DNA from: a virus
IMG/VR virus record: IMGVR_UViG_3300027794_000004
Strand: one strand, 5' to 3'
Length of the DNA stretch: 64,000 nucleotides
Shown: positions 20,554 through 30,368 of the stretch, piece by piece
Numbering within the stretch: position 1 is the first letter of the stretch
Layout of the letters: every line of letters begins with the position of its first letter
Translations under genes and position numbers: made by a program
The notes under the pieces: generated by a model
What the model saw: only the letters and a program-made list of their open reading frames with translations
Told to the model about the DNA's origin: nothing
The model's database searches: none

Positions 20554-22621
20554 TTGTTTCTAAATATGCTGTTCCTGTTCCTGTTTCTGTGCCTGTAGCT
20601 GTTAAAAAATCACCAACAGTACCTAAACTTGGGGAACCAGAAGTAGCTATCTTGTATTCTACACCTGCTACTAAATCATCAGCATCTACAGTTACTCTTT
20701 TTAAGAAAATAGAATTTACAGGAAGTGATGCTGTTTTTGCATCTGCTTTGCTTGCATAAACACGTAAATTTTGAATAATATTTGCGCCAATAATATTTGT
20801 AGATGATATAGAATTGCTGTTTGTTAAATCAACTTTGGTGTTATCTATAAGTCCACTTTCAAAATAATTTTGATTAAATGTGACACTCCATAAATTTGTA
20901 GACTCAAAAATATTAGTTATATCTAATAAAACACTACTATCTGAATTAACAAAAACTAAATTAGCTGCATTATTATTTGTTTTATTAAATAAATTTGTAA
21001 TTTTTGATAAACTGATTATAGTTGAAGACTGTCCGATTAATCGGGGTGTAAACCCTCCTGTTGGGGTGAACACAAATCCATCTGTTCTGTTTCCCCCTGA
21101 AAATTGTAATGAGGATGTTTTAAAATTTCTAAACTGCCCTCCTAATAATAAAAATGCTTTTAAAGACGGGTCTATAATAACATTATAAACACCACTTTGC
21201 ATTTCTCCATAATTATGTACTCTTGATACTCCTCCTACTTTAACTAACCCTTGATAATCTGCTCTTATTTTACATCTTATATCAAAAGTAACACCTCCAT
21301 CGTTATTGTTTCCTGTATTAGAAACGTCTGAATTTACAATGTATTTTGTGATGTTATTATTTGGATTTACTAAATAAGGTTTTGGAAAGTATATGGTTCC
21401 TGTTCCAAATAAATTAATAGTTCTTGTTTGAGAAAAATTATTTGTTGCAACATTCGTTCCTGAATTGTTCATTCCATCACTTTCAGATGTTATAAAATAA
21501 CCCTCACCAATTGTTATTGTAATACTATCTTGATTTGTATTAAAATGTAAAGCATTATCCATATCAGAAAGCATTCCGCTTCCTGTATGAGTAATAAAAG
21601 CGTTAACATCTATTTTTAGCCTACTATATCCAAAATTACCTGGAAATGTGTATTGAGAATTATTATCTTGAACTATAATCTTTTCACCTACCCTTTCTGG
21701 GGATAATCTTGTTCCGCTACCAACATAAGCATCTAAAGCATTTTGAATAGCTGTATTTGCTGTTATTGTTGGCACACCTGCCACATAAGCTGTTACTGTG
21801 TCCGTGAATGGTTTTGCTAATGTACCCTCTCCTTTAGTATTACCTGCTAAAAATTCTGCTTCAGTTGGAATATAAAGGTTATTTACATATAGTGCTGGTA
21901 TAGAAGCTGTTTCAGGAGCATCTATAAATATGTCATCATCAACTAAAGTAATATTATTAGTATTTGATTTTATAGATTTAAAGTTAAACTGAGTGTTATC
22001 TCCTGCTACAGTAGTATCTTTATAAATACCTACTCCTGTTCCTACATTTAATACAGAATAAGTTTTACCATTTTCTTTTATAAATTCAGATAACTCTGTT
22101 TCATCAATACTTAGAACAATATTACCTAAACTTTCAGTAAGATTTAATAAGTTTCCATCTTTTTTAATAGAATAAAACTCATGTAATCCAGTACTTGTAT
22201 TATATCCTTTTAAAACATTTGTTCCATCACCTAATTTAGTAAATCCAATTATTAAAATAAAATCTTCATCAGTAACAGCTGTTCCTGAAAGTCCTAAAGT
22301 AATATCTTGTTCTTTTAATATGTATTTGTTTCCGTTTACTGAAAAAATAACTATGTGATATTGTAGAACTTGGTAATTTGGATCTAAAGCATTAGCTACT
22401 TCGCTTGGAGATGTTAAAACACCATTATATGTAATCTCTGAAACTTTTAACGTGCCACCAACTTCTGGTGAAAGTCCAGAATTAATATATCTTCGTAAAT
22501 CACCAATATTATAATTTCTAGTAATTTTACCTAAATTATCACCATCTGAACCAATAACATAATCTTGGTCTGTAATGTTTACATCAAAAGGATATATTGT
22601 TTTGTTATTTATTTTTGACAT
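20540..22621 (-). CDS. Tail fibre/spike protein
   Basis: 693 aa; N-terminal DYVIGSDGD..TRNY anchor, GEGTLAKPF..IQNALD pectin-lyase-like entry, Asn/Gly/Thr-rich beta region. Confidence 0.65.
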   Translation of the reverse strand: MSKINNKTIYPFDVNITDQDYVIGSDGDNLGKITRNYNIGDLRRYINSGLSPEVGGTLKVSEITYNGVLTSPSEVANALDPNYQVLQYHIVIFSVNGNKYILKEQDITLGLSGTAVTDEDFILIIGFTKLGDGTNVLKGYNTSTGLHEFYSIKKDGNLLNLTESLGNIVLSIDETELSEFIKENGKTYSVLNVGTGVGIYKDTTVAGDNTQFNFKSIKSNTNNITLVDDDIFIDAPETASIPALYVNNLYIPTEAEFLAGNTKGEGTLAKPFTDTVTAYVAGVPTITANTAIQNALDAYVGSGTRLSPERVGEKIIVQDNNSQYTFPGNFGYSRLKIDVNAFITHTGSGMLSDMDNALHFNTNQDSITITIGEGYFITSESDGMNNSGTNVATNNFSQTRTINLFGTGTIYFPKPYLVNPNNNITKYIVNSDVSNTGNNNDGGVTFDIRCKIRADYQGLVKVGGVSRVHNYGEMQSGVYNVIIDPSLKAFLLLGGQFRNFKTSSLQFSGGNRTDGFVFTPTGGFTPRLIGQSSTIISLSKITNLFNKTNNNAANLVFVNSDSSVLLDITNIFESTNLWSVTFNQNYFESGLIDNTKVDLTNSNSISSTNIIGANIIQNLRVYASKADAKTASLPVNSIFLKRVTVDADDLVAGVEYKIATSGSPSLGTVGDFLTATGTETGTGTAYLETIEIL

Positions 22622-22627
22622 TTTTTT

Positions 22628-23377
22628 TTATTTTGTTATCACTACACCCGTTACAAATCCTGCAATAATGCTAATTGGAAGTGCGTACTTGTATAGTATG
22701 TTTTTTCTTTTTTCTTTTTTCAGGGACTTTTCCTGATTTTTGATTATTTCATCTTGATTGTCAATGATTTTATCATTTTCTTTCACTACAAAATTAAGAT
22801 TTTTTTCTTTAAGTTCAAGACTATTTATTACAGAATCTTTTAATATTGAAGCTGTCTTTTCTGTACCAAGCATTTCGGTAGTTTCTACAAGTAATTTATC
22901 AACGTAATCATAGTCGGTTAAATCTAACGCGACTGACTTTGCAATTACTGTTTCAAGTTCTAATCCTTTTGTTGTTTTAAATACTTGGTTGCTTGCCTTG
23001 TATCTGTCTATGTAGAATTTTACTAATTGGTCGTTATTATATGTAGAAACTTCTCCTTGCTTCTTTCTTCTTTCTTCTTGGAGTTTTAGTATCTCAGCTT
23101 GTTTCTTTTGGTTTTGAACATCTAAAAAAGCGATTGTGTCTTTGAATTTATCAATTGATTTTTGTACAGAATCGTTTTTCTTCAAAAGAATAGAAACCTT
23201 TTTGTTAGACTCAACAATATGGTTTCTCAGAATAGCTTTTTCTACTTCAAGAGTTTCTGTGTTGTTACATTTTACTAAAAGTAACAACATTAAAACAACT
23301 ATGACTACATAAGGTAAATACTTTTGTAGCCATTTTTTAGTTTGATATGTGTCAATTTGAAATTCCATTTTATACAT
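22628..23377 (-). CDS. Spanin-like membrane-anchored coiled-coil lysis protein
   Basis: N-terminal TM segment, long coiled coil, C-terminal TM; immediately after endolysin. Confidence 0.55.
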   Translation of the reverse strand: MYKMEFQIDTYQTKKWLQKYLPYVVIVVLMLLLLVKCNNTETLEVEKAILRNHIVESNKKVSILLKKNDSVQKSIDKFKDTIAFLDVQNQKKQAEILKLQEERRKKQGEVSTYNNDQLVKFYIDRYKASNQVFKTTKGLELETVIAKSVALDLTDYDYVDKLLVETTEMLGTEKTASILKDSVINSLELKEKNLNFVVKENDKIIDNQDEIIKNQEKSLKKEKRKNILYKYALPISIIAGFVTGVVITK

Positions 23378-23804
23378 CTTTATATTCTGTTATGGCACTA
23401 AAACAAGGGCAAATTTTAACCCATTCATTTTGAGTAATTTTTCCATCCTTGTTTAAATCTGGTGATAAATCTCTATGACCTAAAACATAAGCATTTGGAT
23501 ATTTCTTTTTATATTCTTTTACTAGTTTTAAAAGACTTTCTTTTTGTTTTTGAGTTCTTGTGTCGGTGCCATTCCAACCACCCTTATAACATAAATGAAT
23601 TGATGCAGAATTGTGTCCTGCAACTCCATTGGTAATTTGCTCATCATTAGCTAAAGTTTCAATAGTTCCATCTTCATTTACCAATTTATGATAACCAACC
23701 GATTTCCACCCTAAAACTCTTTTCCAATAACTTTTAATAGATTCTGTTTTTTGATTCGCTGGACCTGCGGTGCAATGAATAACAATGAATTTAATTTTTC
23801 TCAT
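23370..23804 (-). CDS. Endolysin, N-acetylmuramoyl-L-alanine amidase (T7 lysozyme-like)
   Basis: IVIHCTA, VGYH, GVAGHNSASIHLCYKGG, GHRDLSPD, KICPCF zinc-amidase motifs. Confidence 0.92.
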   Translation of the reverse strand: MRKIKFIVIHCTAGPANQKTESIKSYWKRVLGWKSVGYHKLVNEDGTIETLANDEQITNGVAGHNSASIHLCYKGGWNGTDTRTQKQKESLLKLVKEYKKKYPNAYVLGHRDLSPDLNKDGKITQNEWVKICPCFSAITEYKDV

Positions 23805-23809
23805 AACAT

Positions 23810-24214
23810 TTAATTTTTACTATTCGGTTTGAATATCTGAACAATTGCGTTTAATATAGAATCAAAAATAACTCCCACAAAATTATCTACATTCCATTTG
23901 TAAATAATGTACTCAGCTATTTTTTCTCCTGAAATTGAAACTACTCCCACTAACAAAGGAATATATTTACTCTCTGTTTGATTCTCTACAAATGGATATA
24001 CGAAATACGCACATCCTATTCCTACAACAAAACTTAAAACTACTCTTGTAAACGTCATCTTTTCCTTTTTTACTTGTGTTGCTATCTTAATCGATATAGC
24101 TATGAAAGCCGGAATAAAAATTTTGAATAAAAAACTATAAAGTTCTTCAATTAAGCTCGGTTCTTTTTCTATCATTGTAATAATTCTTATAAAAGGCGAA
24201 TAAAAGTATTGCAA
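23810..24214 (-). CDS. Putative holin
   Basis: Several TM segments; adjacent to endolysin. Confidence 0.6.
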   Translation of the reverse strand: MQYFYSPFIRIITMIEKEPSLIEELYSFLFKIFIPAFIAISIKIATQVKKEKMTFTRVVLSFVVGIGCAYFVYPFVENQTESKYIPLLVGVVSISGEKIAEYIIYKWNVDNFVGVIFDSILNAIVQIFKPNSKN

Positions 24215-24464
24215 CGCCTGTTAGTATTTCGCTAAAATAAAGCTTGTCAGCCTTGTTTGTTATTTCATCAAATAAATTATTCAAAGATAAAGAAAATAAT
24301 ACGAATTTTATCACACTTTTTTTATCCGTAAAGAAAATATAAGAACATAGCAAAAAAATAAATAAAGCATTTCCATAATAGAAAAAATAATCTATTGGAA
24401 TGTTTTGCCAAAAACTATAAGTAATAATACTTACAAATAATGCTATGTATAATATTTTTATCAT
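24147..24464 (-). CDS. Membrane protein in the lysis cluster
   Basis: Highly hydrophobic, 3-4 TM segments. Confidence 0.55.
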   Translation of the reverse strand: MIKILYIALFVSIITYSFWQNIPIDYFFYYGNALFIFLLCSYIFFTDKKSVIKFVLFSLSLNNLFDEITNKADKLYFSEILTGVAILLFAFYKNYYNDRKRTELN

Positions 24465-24574
24465 TTTCTGTCTTTAGGTCTTGTACCGATTAATTTAGTG
24501 CTTGAACTATTTTTATCCGTTTTTAATGGATTTTCTGATTTTTCTTTTTTAATTCTTACCTTAACTTTTTTCAT
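24461..24574 (-). CDS. Small basic protein (37 aa, not in ORF track)
   Basis: MKKVKVRIKKEKSENPLKTDKNSSSTKLIGTRPKDRK fills the gap; its stop overlaps the next start (ATGA). Confidence 0.5.
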   Translation of the reverse strand: MKKVKVRIKKEKSENPLKTDKNSSSTKLIGTRPKDRK

Positions 24575-24576
24575 AG

Positions 24577-24834
24577 CTATTCTTCTATTTTTTGATTAAT
24601 ATTTGTTTTTAATTTTTCGTAAACAGTCATCGCTGTTGTACCTCCTGCTAACATAAGAAATCCAAAAAATACTTGTATAGCGTATGGATTAATTTCTTTT
24701 GGTAAAAAGTAATCCGAAATATGAATGAAAAGACCAGATAGTAATGCTGCTATCCATGAACTAAACATTGTTAAACTTTTTCTACTCCATTTTCCATTAG
24801 GAGATTTTAATGTGTCTTCTAATATTTTAATCAT
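24577..24834 (-). CDS. Small 2-TM membrane protein (holin/antiholin-like)
   Basis: GKWSRKSLTMF followed by two TM helices. Confidence 0.55.
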   Translation of the reverse strand: MIKILEDTLKSPNGKWSRKSLTMFSSWIAALLSGLFIHISDYFLPKEINPYAIQVFFGFLMLAGGTTAMTVYEKLKTNINQKIEE

Positions 24835-24937
24835 AGTTTTATGTATTTTATTGATTTAAAAATTGATACTATTATTAATTTTTCTCAAATTTACACAATA
24901 TTTTTTATTTGCGTTATGTAAATTTGTAAAAATTATT

Positions 24938-27223
24938 TTATACATATTCATCACTTACTAATGTTTTTATGATATTAATACCAAAGCCAACAGATGTTGC
25001 TGTTGTGTTATTATTTCTATAATTATTTGGAGTTAGACTAGGTATTATTCCAATGTATGTAAACGTACCTGAAGTTTCAAATCCTGTTGATATGTTTTTT
25101 ACATAATAATTCATTGTGCTATCATTTGGTAATCTATAAAAAACAATATGATATTTATGACTTGAGTTTTTCGGGAAATTAACACCTAAATCTATTTTAT
25201 ATAAGGTTACAGCTCCTGAAATTTTATACAATATTTGAAAATTTGCATCTGTACTTTCATGACCTAAAGAACATAAACCTTGAAGATAAGAACTTGGTTC
25301 ATAATTTCCAAAATTAGCACTTCCCCCTAATCCATAAGAACAACGACTATTTGAAACGGTACCACTATCTAATTCATCTATTCTTTGGTCAAAATAAAAA
25401 GCTTGATTATTTGCTATAAAAAATATTGCAGATTGATGAGCTATTGCAGAACTTCCTGCCGTAGCAGCTGATAGTATTTTTCTTAATGGAATTGCTCCCC
25501 CATTTGTACTTGTATTAGATTGTGTTCCTGTTACGGTTAATGCTGAGTAAACCCCAATGTTTTGAAATCCAGATGAAGTTGAGATATATTCATATTTCTT
25601 AGGAAATAAGGATAAATCTATACCAGATGAAATAACTATATCACCACTACCTAAAATAGTAGTCCCATTTATTGTTTTAATATTTGTTCCTGAAACTAAT
25701 TCGTCTTGTTTGTTATCTAAAGCAACTTGTGTTGCATTTGAAATTGGTTTGTTAGCATCGCTTGTATTATCAACATTACCTAATTCTACATCATCTTTAG
25801 TAGTTCCGTGTGGATTTGTACCATCATCAAGAGCTAATCCTGAATGATTGGTGATAATCGTTGGGATAGTTGGCTTATTATCTAAATCATTGTAATCTAT
25901 TTGTACATTTCCACTTCCTTCTAAACTTTCTCCATTTACTGTTTTTAGTGGGCGTTTTGTTTGGATAGATGAAGTTGTTTCCCCACCACCAATCTGCACA
26001 TAAGCCGAACCACTCCAACGGTAAGTAAAGTTTGTATCTAATGCGACATAAATAATTCCCGTTTCTCCAGTTGTAGGAAACGCATCGAAATCTGCAAATT
26101 CCAATACATCTTTAAAGTCACTTGTCGACTTTGTACCTTGCGAACCATCTGCATTAACGATATAAGCACGCTCTACTCCTGCAGTTGAAACTTTGTCGAG
26201 TTTTGAATTTAAAGCATTTTGAGTAGCTGTTGAAATAGGTTTATCAGCATCACTCGTATTATCAACACTACCTAAACCTACCTGAGATTTGGTAACATTG
26301 TGTGGATTAGAAGTATTACTTAAGTGATTTATTAAATTAGTGCCATTAGTTGTTATCCAACTTACAGCACCATCATAAGCGTTTTTTAAAACCGTTATAA
26401 ATGACTCCGTTGTATTGTCTAATATTGTTTTATTAGAGTGTGTATGTTCATTATTTACAGCATTAGTAGTATCTAAGTTAGGAACATCACCTAAACCAAC
26501 ATCTTGCTTTGTGGTTCCGTGAGGATTTGTACCATCATCTAAACTTAATCCCGAATGATTTGTTATAACAGTTGGTATAGTTGGCTTATTATCTAAATCA
26601 TTGTAATCGTTTGAAAAAGCCGTAGCGCCTAATTCATCTGTTTCTACATAAGTAGAAGTTCCGTCAGAACCATCATTTAGTAAATCACTTGTTTTTGTAA
26701 CCGTAGGACCACCTTCTGATTTTAGATTAAATACTGCATAACTTAAAGTGTATGATAATTCTTTTCCATTTGGAAAAAACACCTCAGAAACATTTAATTT
26801 ATAATAACCGCTGAAAGTTTCAATAGAATCTATTCTAAAAAAGAAAATAGTGTTAATATCAACTTTTTGAGCTATGATTAAATCAAATGGATTTTCAGTA
26901 GAAATACTTTCAAAAAAGTTAGTGGTATCTTTGAATCTTGCAGTTTTCTTTGAAAATACGAAATAAGTTATGTTGTTTGGGTCTTGCTCGTTTGAATTTG
27001 AGTAAAAGTACCCATCGGCAGGTTTTGGATTAGAACCACTATGTGCATAAAAATTATAATCAAAGTTTCTTACTCCGTTTACTTGGTTGTAATGAGTACC
27101 TAAATCCTGAACTCTAAAATTAACCGTTTTTAATGCTTGGTCGAAATCAGTTCCAGGTAAATAATCTAACCCATTTATTTCCTCATCAGGAATATACACT
27201 CTTTGATTGCTAATCTTTGTCAT
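24938..27223 (-). CDS. Tail fibre protein with internal repeats
   Basis: VGLG(N/S)VDNTSDA.KPIS.ATQ.AL and KT(V/I)NG..(L/I)(E/L)GSG repeats; duplicated DYNDLDNKPTIPT.ITNHSGL.LDDGTNPHGTTK. Confidence 0.8.
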   Translation of the reverse strand: MTKISNQRVYIPDEEINGLDYLPGTDFDQALKTVNFRVQDLGTHYNQVNGVRNFDYNFYAHSGSNPKPADGYFYSNSNEQDPNNITYFVFSKKTARFKDTTNFFESISTENPFDLIIAQKVDINTIFFFRIDSIETFSGYYKLNVSEVFFPNGKELSYTLSYAVFNLKSEGGPTVTKTSDLLNDGSDGTSTYVETDELGATAFSNDYNDLDNKPTIPTVITNHSGLSLDDGTNPHGTTKQDVGLGDVPNLDTTNAVNNEHTHSNKTILDNTTESFITVLKNAYDGAVSWITTNGTNLINHLSNTSNPHNVTKSQVGLGSVDNTSDADKPISTATQNALNSKLDKVSTAGVERAYIVNADGSQGTKSTSDFKDVLEFADFDAFPTTGETGIIYVALDTNFTYRWSGSAYVQIGGGETTSSIQTKRPLKTVNGESLEGSGNVQIDYNDLDNKPTIPTIITNHSGLALDDGTNPHGTTKDDVELGNVDNTSDANKPISNATQVALDNKQDELVSGTNIKTINGTTILGSGDIVISSGIDLSLFPKKYEYISTSSGFQNIGVYSALTVTGTQSNTSTNGGAIPLRKILSAATAGSSAIAHQSAIFFIANNQAFYFDQRIDELDSGTVSNSRCSYGLGGSANFGNYEPSSYLQGLCSLGHESTDANFQILYKISGAVTLYKIDLGVNFPKNSSHKYHIVFYRLPNDSTMNYYVKNISTGFETSGTFTYIGIIPSLTPNNYRNNNTTATSVGFGINIIKTLVSDEYV

Positions 27224-27229
27224 AATTTA

Positions 27230-27817
27230 TTAGTTATATACTTCGATTTTTATTAGTGTTTGTGATAATATTGAATTAACACCTGAACCACCTGCAATAG
27301 TACTCTCTATATAAAAATCATTTTCTGTATTAAAATAAGCCTTAACTATAGCTTGAGAATTTACCCCTGAATTTCCTATTAAAAACCCTGTTTTATTTTC
27401 TATAAATACTCCATTTAAAGTTCCAACAAAGGCACCTGCGGATTCGTAAGTAAAAACAATATTACCCAAAGTATTTTCTAAAACTGTTGCTACAGGGGCA
27501 TTTGTGCCTGATTGAGATAAAAGAGCTGTGTATACTTTATAAGGGGCTGCACCGCCCCCATTAAAATTTGCAGTAGCAGTTGTTAACTTATCAAATGCAT
27601 CTTGCAAATCTGTTGGTTCTACACCATTAATTTCTCCTATTTCTGTGAATAAAAAAGATTGTTTTGGTTGTCCGTATTCGTAAGCGTTAATTTTTCCTAC
27701 TCCAATTTTAAAACTTGGAGCCAAATAACTCATTGATGTTGGTTGAACATCGTCTAAAACAGGAACTAATGAAATAATTAATTGACTTCCTGATACGTCG
27801 AAATTATATTTTGCCAT
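27230..27817 (-). CDS. Virion/tail-associated protein
   Basis: YKVYTALLSQSGTNAPVATVLENTLG...IKIEVY C-terminal module recalled from Bacteroidota phage fibre genes. Confidence 0.55.
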   Translation of the reverse strand: MAKYNFDVSGSQLIISLVPVLDDVQPTSMSYLAPSFKIGVGKINAYEYGQPKQSFLFTEIGEINGVEPTDLQDAFDKLTTATANFNGGGAAPYKVYTALLSQSGTNAPVATVLENTLGNIVFTYESAGAFVGTLNGVFIENKTGFLIGNSGVNSQAIVKAYFNTENDFYIESTIAGGSGVNSILSQTLIKIEVYN

Positions 27818-27950
27818 AGCTTATATTTTTGATTATCAAATTTTTCTATTATACTCAACAAAAGTATAAAAAAAATCTATAACATTTTTATATTTGCTTA
27901 TGTTTTTGATTATTACTACATTTGCTTACATTTAATCTAAATTTAATTAT

Positions 27951-29492
27951 ATGAGTCAAGAATTTCACACTACGATTACGAGTGGCGAGTCTGCCAAAGA
28001 AAAAATCAGAAATGGGGTAAATAAGGGAGCAAATGCTGTTGGTAGTACAATGGGCTTTCAAGGCGAACTTGCATTAATATCAAAAGGTGGTTTACCAGAT
28101 AGCAGTAAGGATGGTGTAACGGTTGCAGAAGCAATTTTTTTAGAAGACCCTGTTGAAAGTTTAGCTTGGGAGGTAGTAAAAGAAAGTGCAAGAAAAACTG
28201 TAAATGAAGCAGCAGATGGAACCACAGCAACTTGTGTTCTTACGCAAAGCTTCTTAAACAATTCTTTCGATGAATTGGAAAAAGGCGAAAAGTCTGCAAT
28301 CGAAATTAAGCAAGAAATCGAAAAGTCAAGAGATAAGATTGTAGCATATCTTGATGAACTTGCGATTCCAATTTCTGATGAAATGATTTATCACGTTGCT
28401 AAAACTTCTGCAAATGGTGACGAAGAAATTGCACAACTTATTACTGATGCTTATAAACAAGCAGGTGAGAATGGTTCTGTTGGATTTGTAAACTCAAATA
28501 ACGACAATACTTTTATTGAGCATACCGAAGGTACTTTAGTAGAAAGAGGTTATGCTAACGAAATATTTGTAAACGTACATTCTACACAATCAGTAGTATT
28601 GGAAGATAATCCATTGGTTTTAATTTCCAATATTAATTTTACTACGATTAAACAGATTCTTCCTTTCCTAGAATTTGCGGTTCATAACAGTAGAGAGCTT
28701 TTAATTATTTCTGAAATTGATTACAATGTTGAGGAAGCAATATTAAGAAACAAAGTGAAATACAATCATAGATTTTGTATTGTGAAACCACCTGCTATCG
28801 GAAAGAAACGTGAAGAGTTACTTATGGATTTGGCGTTAGTTTGTAATACAGAAATGATTTCTTCACTTTCTGGAGCAGATTTTACAGGAAGAGAAGCAAT
28901 GTACTTAGGTGTAGCAAAATCGGTTGTTGTAACGAAAGAAAATACTGTTATTGTAAGACATAATGATACTCCTGTTGAAGCTATTGATGGTAAAGTAGCT
29001 GAATTGAAAGAACAAGCGAAATTAGCTGACAAAAATTACGTTTTAAGAAAGAATATTGAGAGTAGAATAGCAAAACTTTCAGGTGGAATTTCTATGATTA
29101 AAGTAGGTGGTATTACTCCTGCAGAAGTAGAAGAAAAAATTGCTCGTGTAGATGATGCAGTTGGTGCGGTTCGTTCTGCTAAAGAAGAAGGTATTGTTGC
29201 AGGTGGTGGAATGGCTTTATTATCGGCTATTGATAAATTAGACTTAGATGAAGTTACTAAAAAATCTATCTCGGCTCCTTATAGAAAAATTTTAGAGAAT
29301 GCTTCTTATAAACCTGAAACTTTACCTCAATATCCAAACGGATATGATGTAAAAAACTTCAAAGAGGTAAATATGTTTGATGCAGGTATTATTGATGCTA
29401 AAAAAGTGGTAAAAAATGCTTTGATTAATTCAATTTCAGCAAGTAATACTTTACTACGTTCAGCAAATGTTTTAACTTATAAAAACAAATAG
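27951..29492 (+). CDS. groEL: Phage-encoded chaperonin GroEL
   Basis: SKDGVTVA, AADGTTATCVL, RIAKLSGGISMIKVGG, VDDAVGAVRSAKEEGIVAGGG, MFDAGIID; no GGM tail. Confidence 0.95.
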   Translation: MSQEFHTTITSGESAKEKIRNGVNKGANAVGSTMGFQGELALISKGGLPDSSKDGVTVAEAIFLEDPVESLAWEVVKESARKTVNEAADGTTATCVLTQSFLNNSFDELEKGEKSAIEIKQEIEKSRDKIVAYLDELAIPISDEMIYHVAKTSANGDEEIAQLITDAYKQAGENGSVGFVNSNNDNTFIEHTEGTLVERGYANEIFVNVHSTQSVVLEDNPLVLISNINFTTIKQILPFLEFAVHNSRELLIISEIDYNVEEAILRNKVKYNHRFCIVKPPAIGKKREELLMDLALVCNTEMISSLSGADFTGREAMYLGVAKSVVVTKENTVIVRHNDTPVEAIDGKVAELKEQAKLADKNYVLRKNIESRIAKLSGGISMIKVGGITPAEVEEKIARVDDAVGAVRSAKEEGIVAGGGMALLSAIDKLDLDEVTKKSISAPYRKILENASYKPETLPQYPNGYDVKNFKEVNMFDAGIIDAKKVVKNALINSISASNTLLRSANVLTYKNK

Positions 29493-29495
29493 AAA

Positions 29496-29771
29496 ATGAA
29501 AGCACTTAACTATGTAGTGATTGTAAAAGAATCACATATCGAAAATATTACTGCATCTGGAATTGATATTACATCAGAATCAGATAAAAATGAGAAATAC
29601 CGAAAAGGTACTATTGTGAGTTTTGGTGAACTTTGTCCTAAAGTTGATGACAAGCATACAATAGAAATTGGTCAAGAAGTTTTGTTTGATAATTACAAGG
29701 CATCGGATTTAATTATCGATGGTGAACATTACAAGACTTTTTACTACTCTGATTTAGTCGCCTTAATCTAA
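29496..29771 (+). CDS. groES: Co-chaperonin GroES
   Basis: MKALNYVVIVK...TASGI...KGTIVSFG...IGQEVLF...IIDGEHY Cpn10 pattern. Confidence 0.88.
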   Translation: MKALNYVVIVKESHIENITASGIDITSESDKNEKYRKGTIVSFGELCPKVDDKHTIEIGQEVLFDNYKASDLIIDGEHYKTFYYSDLVALI

Positions 29772-29793
29772 TTTTCTGAATATTGTTTAAAAG

Positions 29794-29826
29794 AAAAAGC
29801 CTTGATATTACGTCAAGGCTTTTTTA
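29794..29826. terminator. Bidirectional intrinsic terminator
   Basis: aaaaagccttga-tattacg-tcaaggctttttt. Confidence 0.75.
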
Positions 29827-29844
29827 ATTTTAGATCAATTTTTG

Positions 29845-30111
29845 TTACTTCCCTAAGAAATCTTTTGAAGTTTTAAACTTCACTACTTTTCTTGAAGCAA
29901 TTTTTACGACTTCACCTGTGCTTGGAACTCTACCCATTCTCTCTTTTGTCATTTGAGTTTTGAATGTTCCAAAACCTTGAAGAGATAGTACTCCATCTTT
30001 TTCAGTTCCTTTTGCCATGTGTTTTAATGTAGCATCAACAACAGATGTTGCTTCTGCTTGTGTAATTCCTGTTTCTCTTGAAACCTCTTTTACTAATTCT
30101 GCTTTTGTCAT
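29845..30111 (-). CDS. hup: HU/IHF-family DNA-binding protein
   Basis: MTKAELVKEV...LQGFGTF...ERMGRVPSTGEVVKIASRKVVKFK. Confidence 0.92.
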   Translation of the reverse strand: MTKAELVKEVSRETGITQAEATSVVDATLKHMAKGTEKDGVLSLQGFGTFKTQMTKERMGRVPSTGEVVKIASRKVVKFKTSKDFLGK

Positions 30112-30131
30112 TTTATTTAAAATTTACTTGG

Positions 30132-30368
30132 TTACTTTTTCTTTTTTTCTTTGGCTACAGAAAAATCTACGTTTCTTGGATTGATGTAATCTTTTCCATC
30201 GATGTCAATGTAATCTGATTTATGCATTACCATTCCTTCAAATTTTGAACTTAAACTCGCTACTTCAAAAAGCACATTTTTATCGTGAAACTTGTGCTTA
30301 ACTTTCTTGTTGATTAATTGTTCTGTGTTCATTTTTACTTGGTTTTTAATTATTATCTGTTGGAACAA
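30132..30368 (-). CDS. Hypothetical protein
   Basis: ORF in operon; true start may be the internal Met (MNTEQ). Confidence 0.5.
   Translation of the reverse strand: MFQQIIIKNQVKMNTEQLINKKVKHKFHDKNVLFEVASLSSKFEGMVMHKSDYIDIDGKDYINPRNVDFSVAKEKKKK

Noticed and set aside
24938..27223. Diversity-generating retroelement acting on the tail fibre repeats
   Set aside because: No reverse transcriptase in the window; both repeat copies are in-frame coding and differences are not evidently adenine-specific
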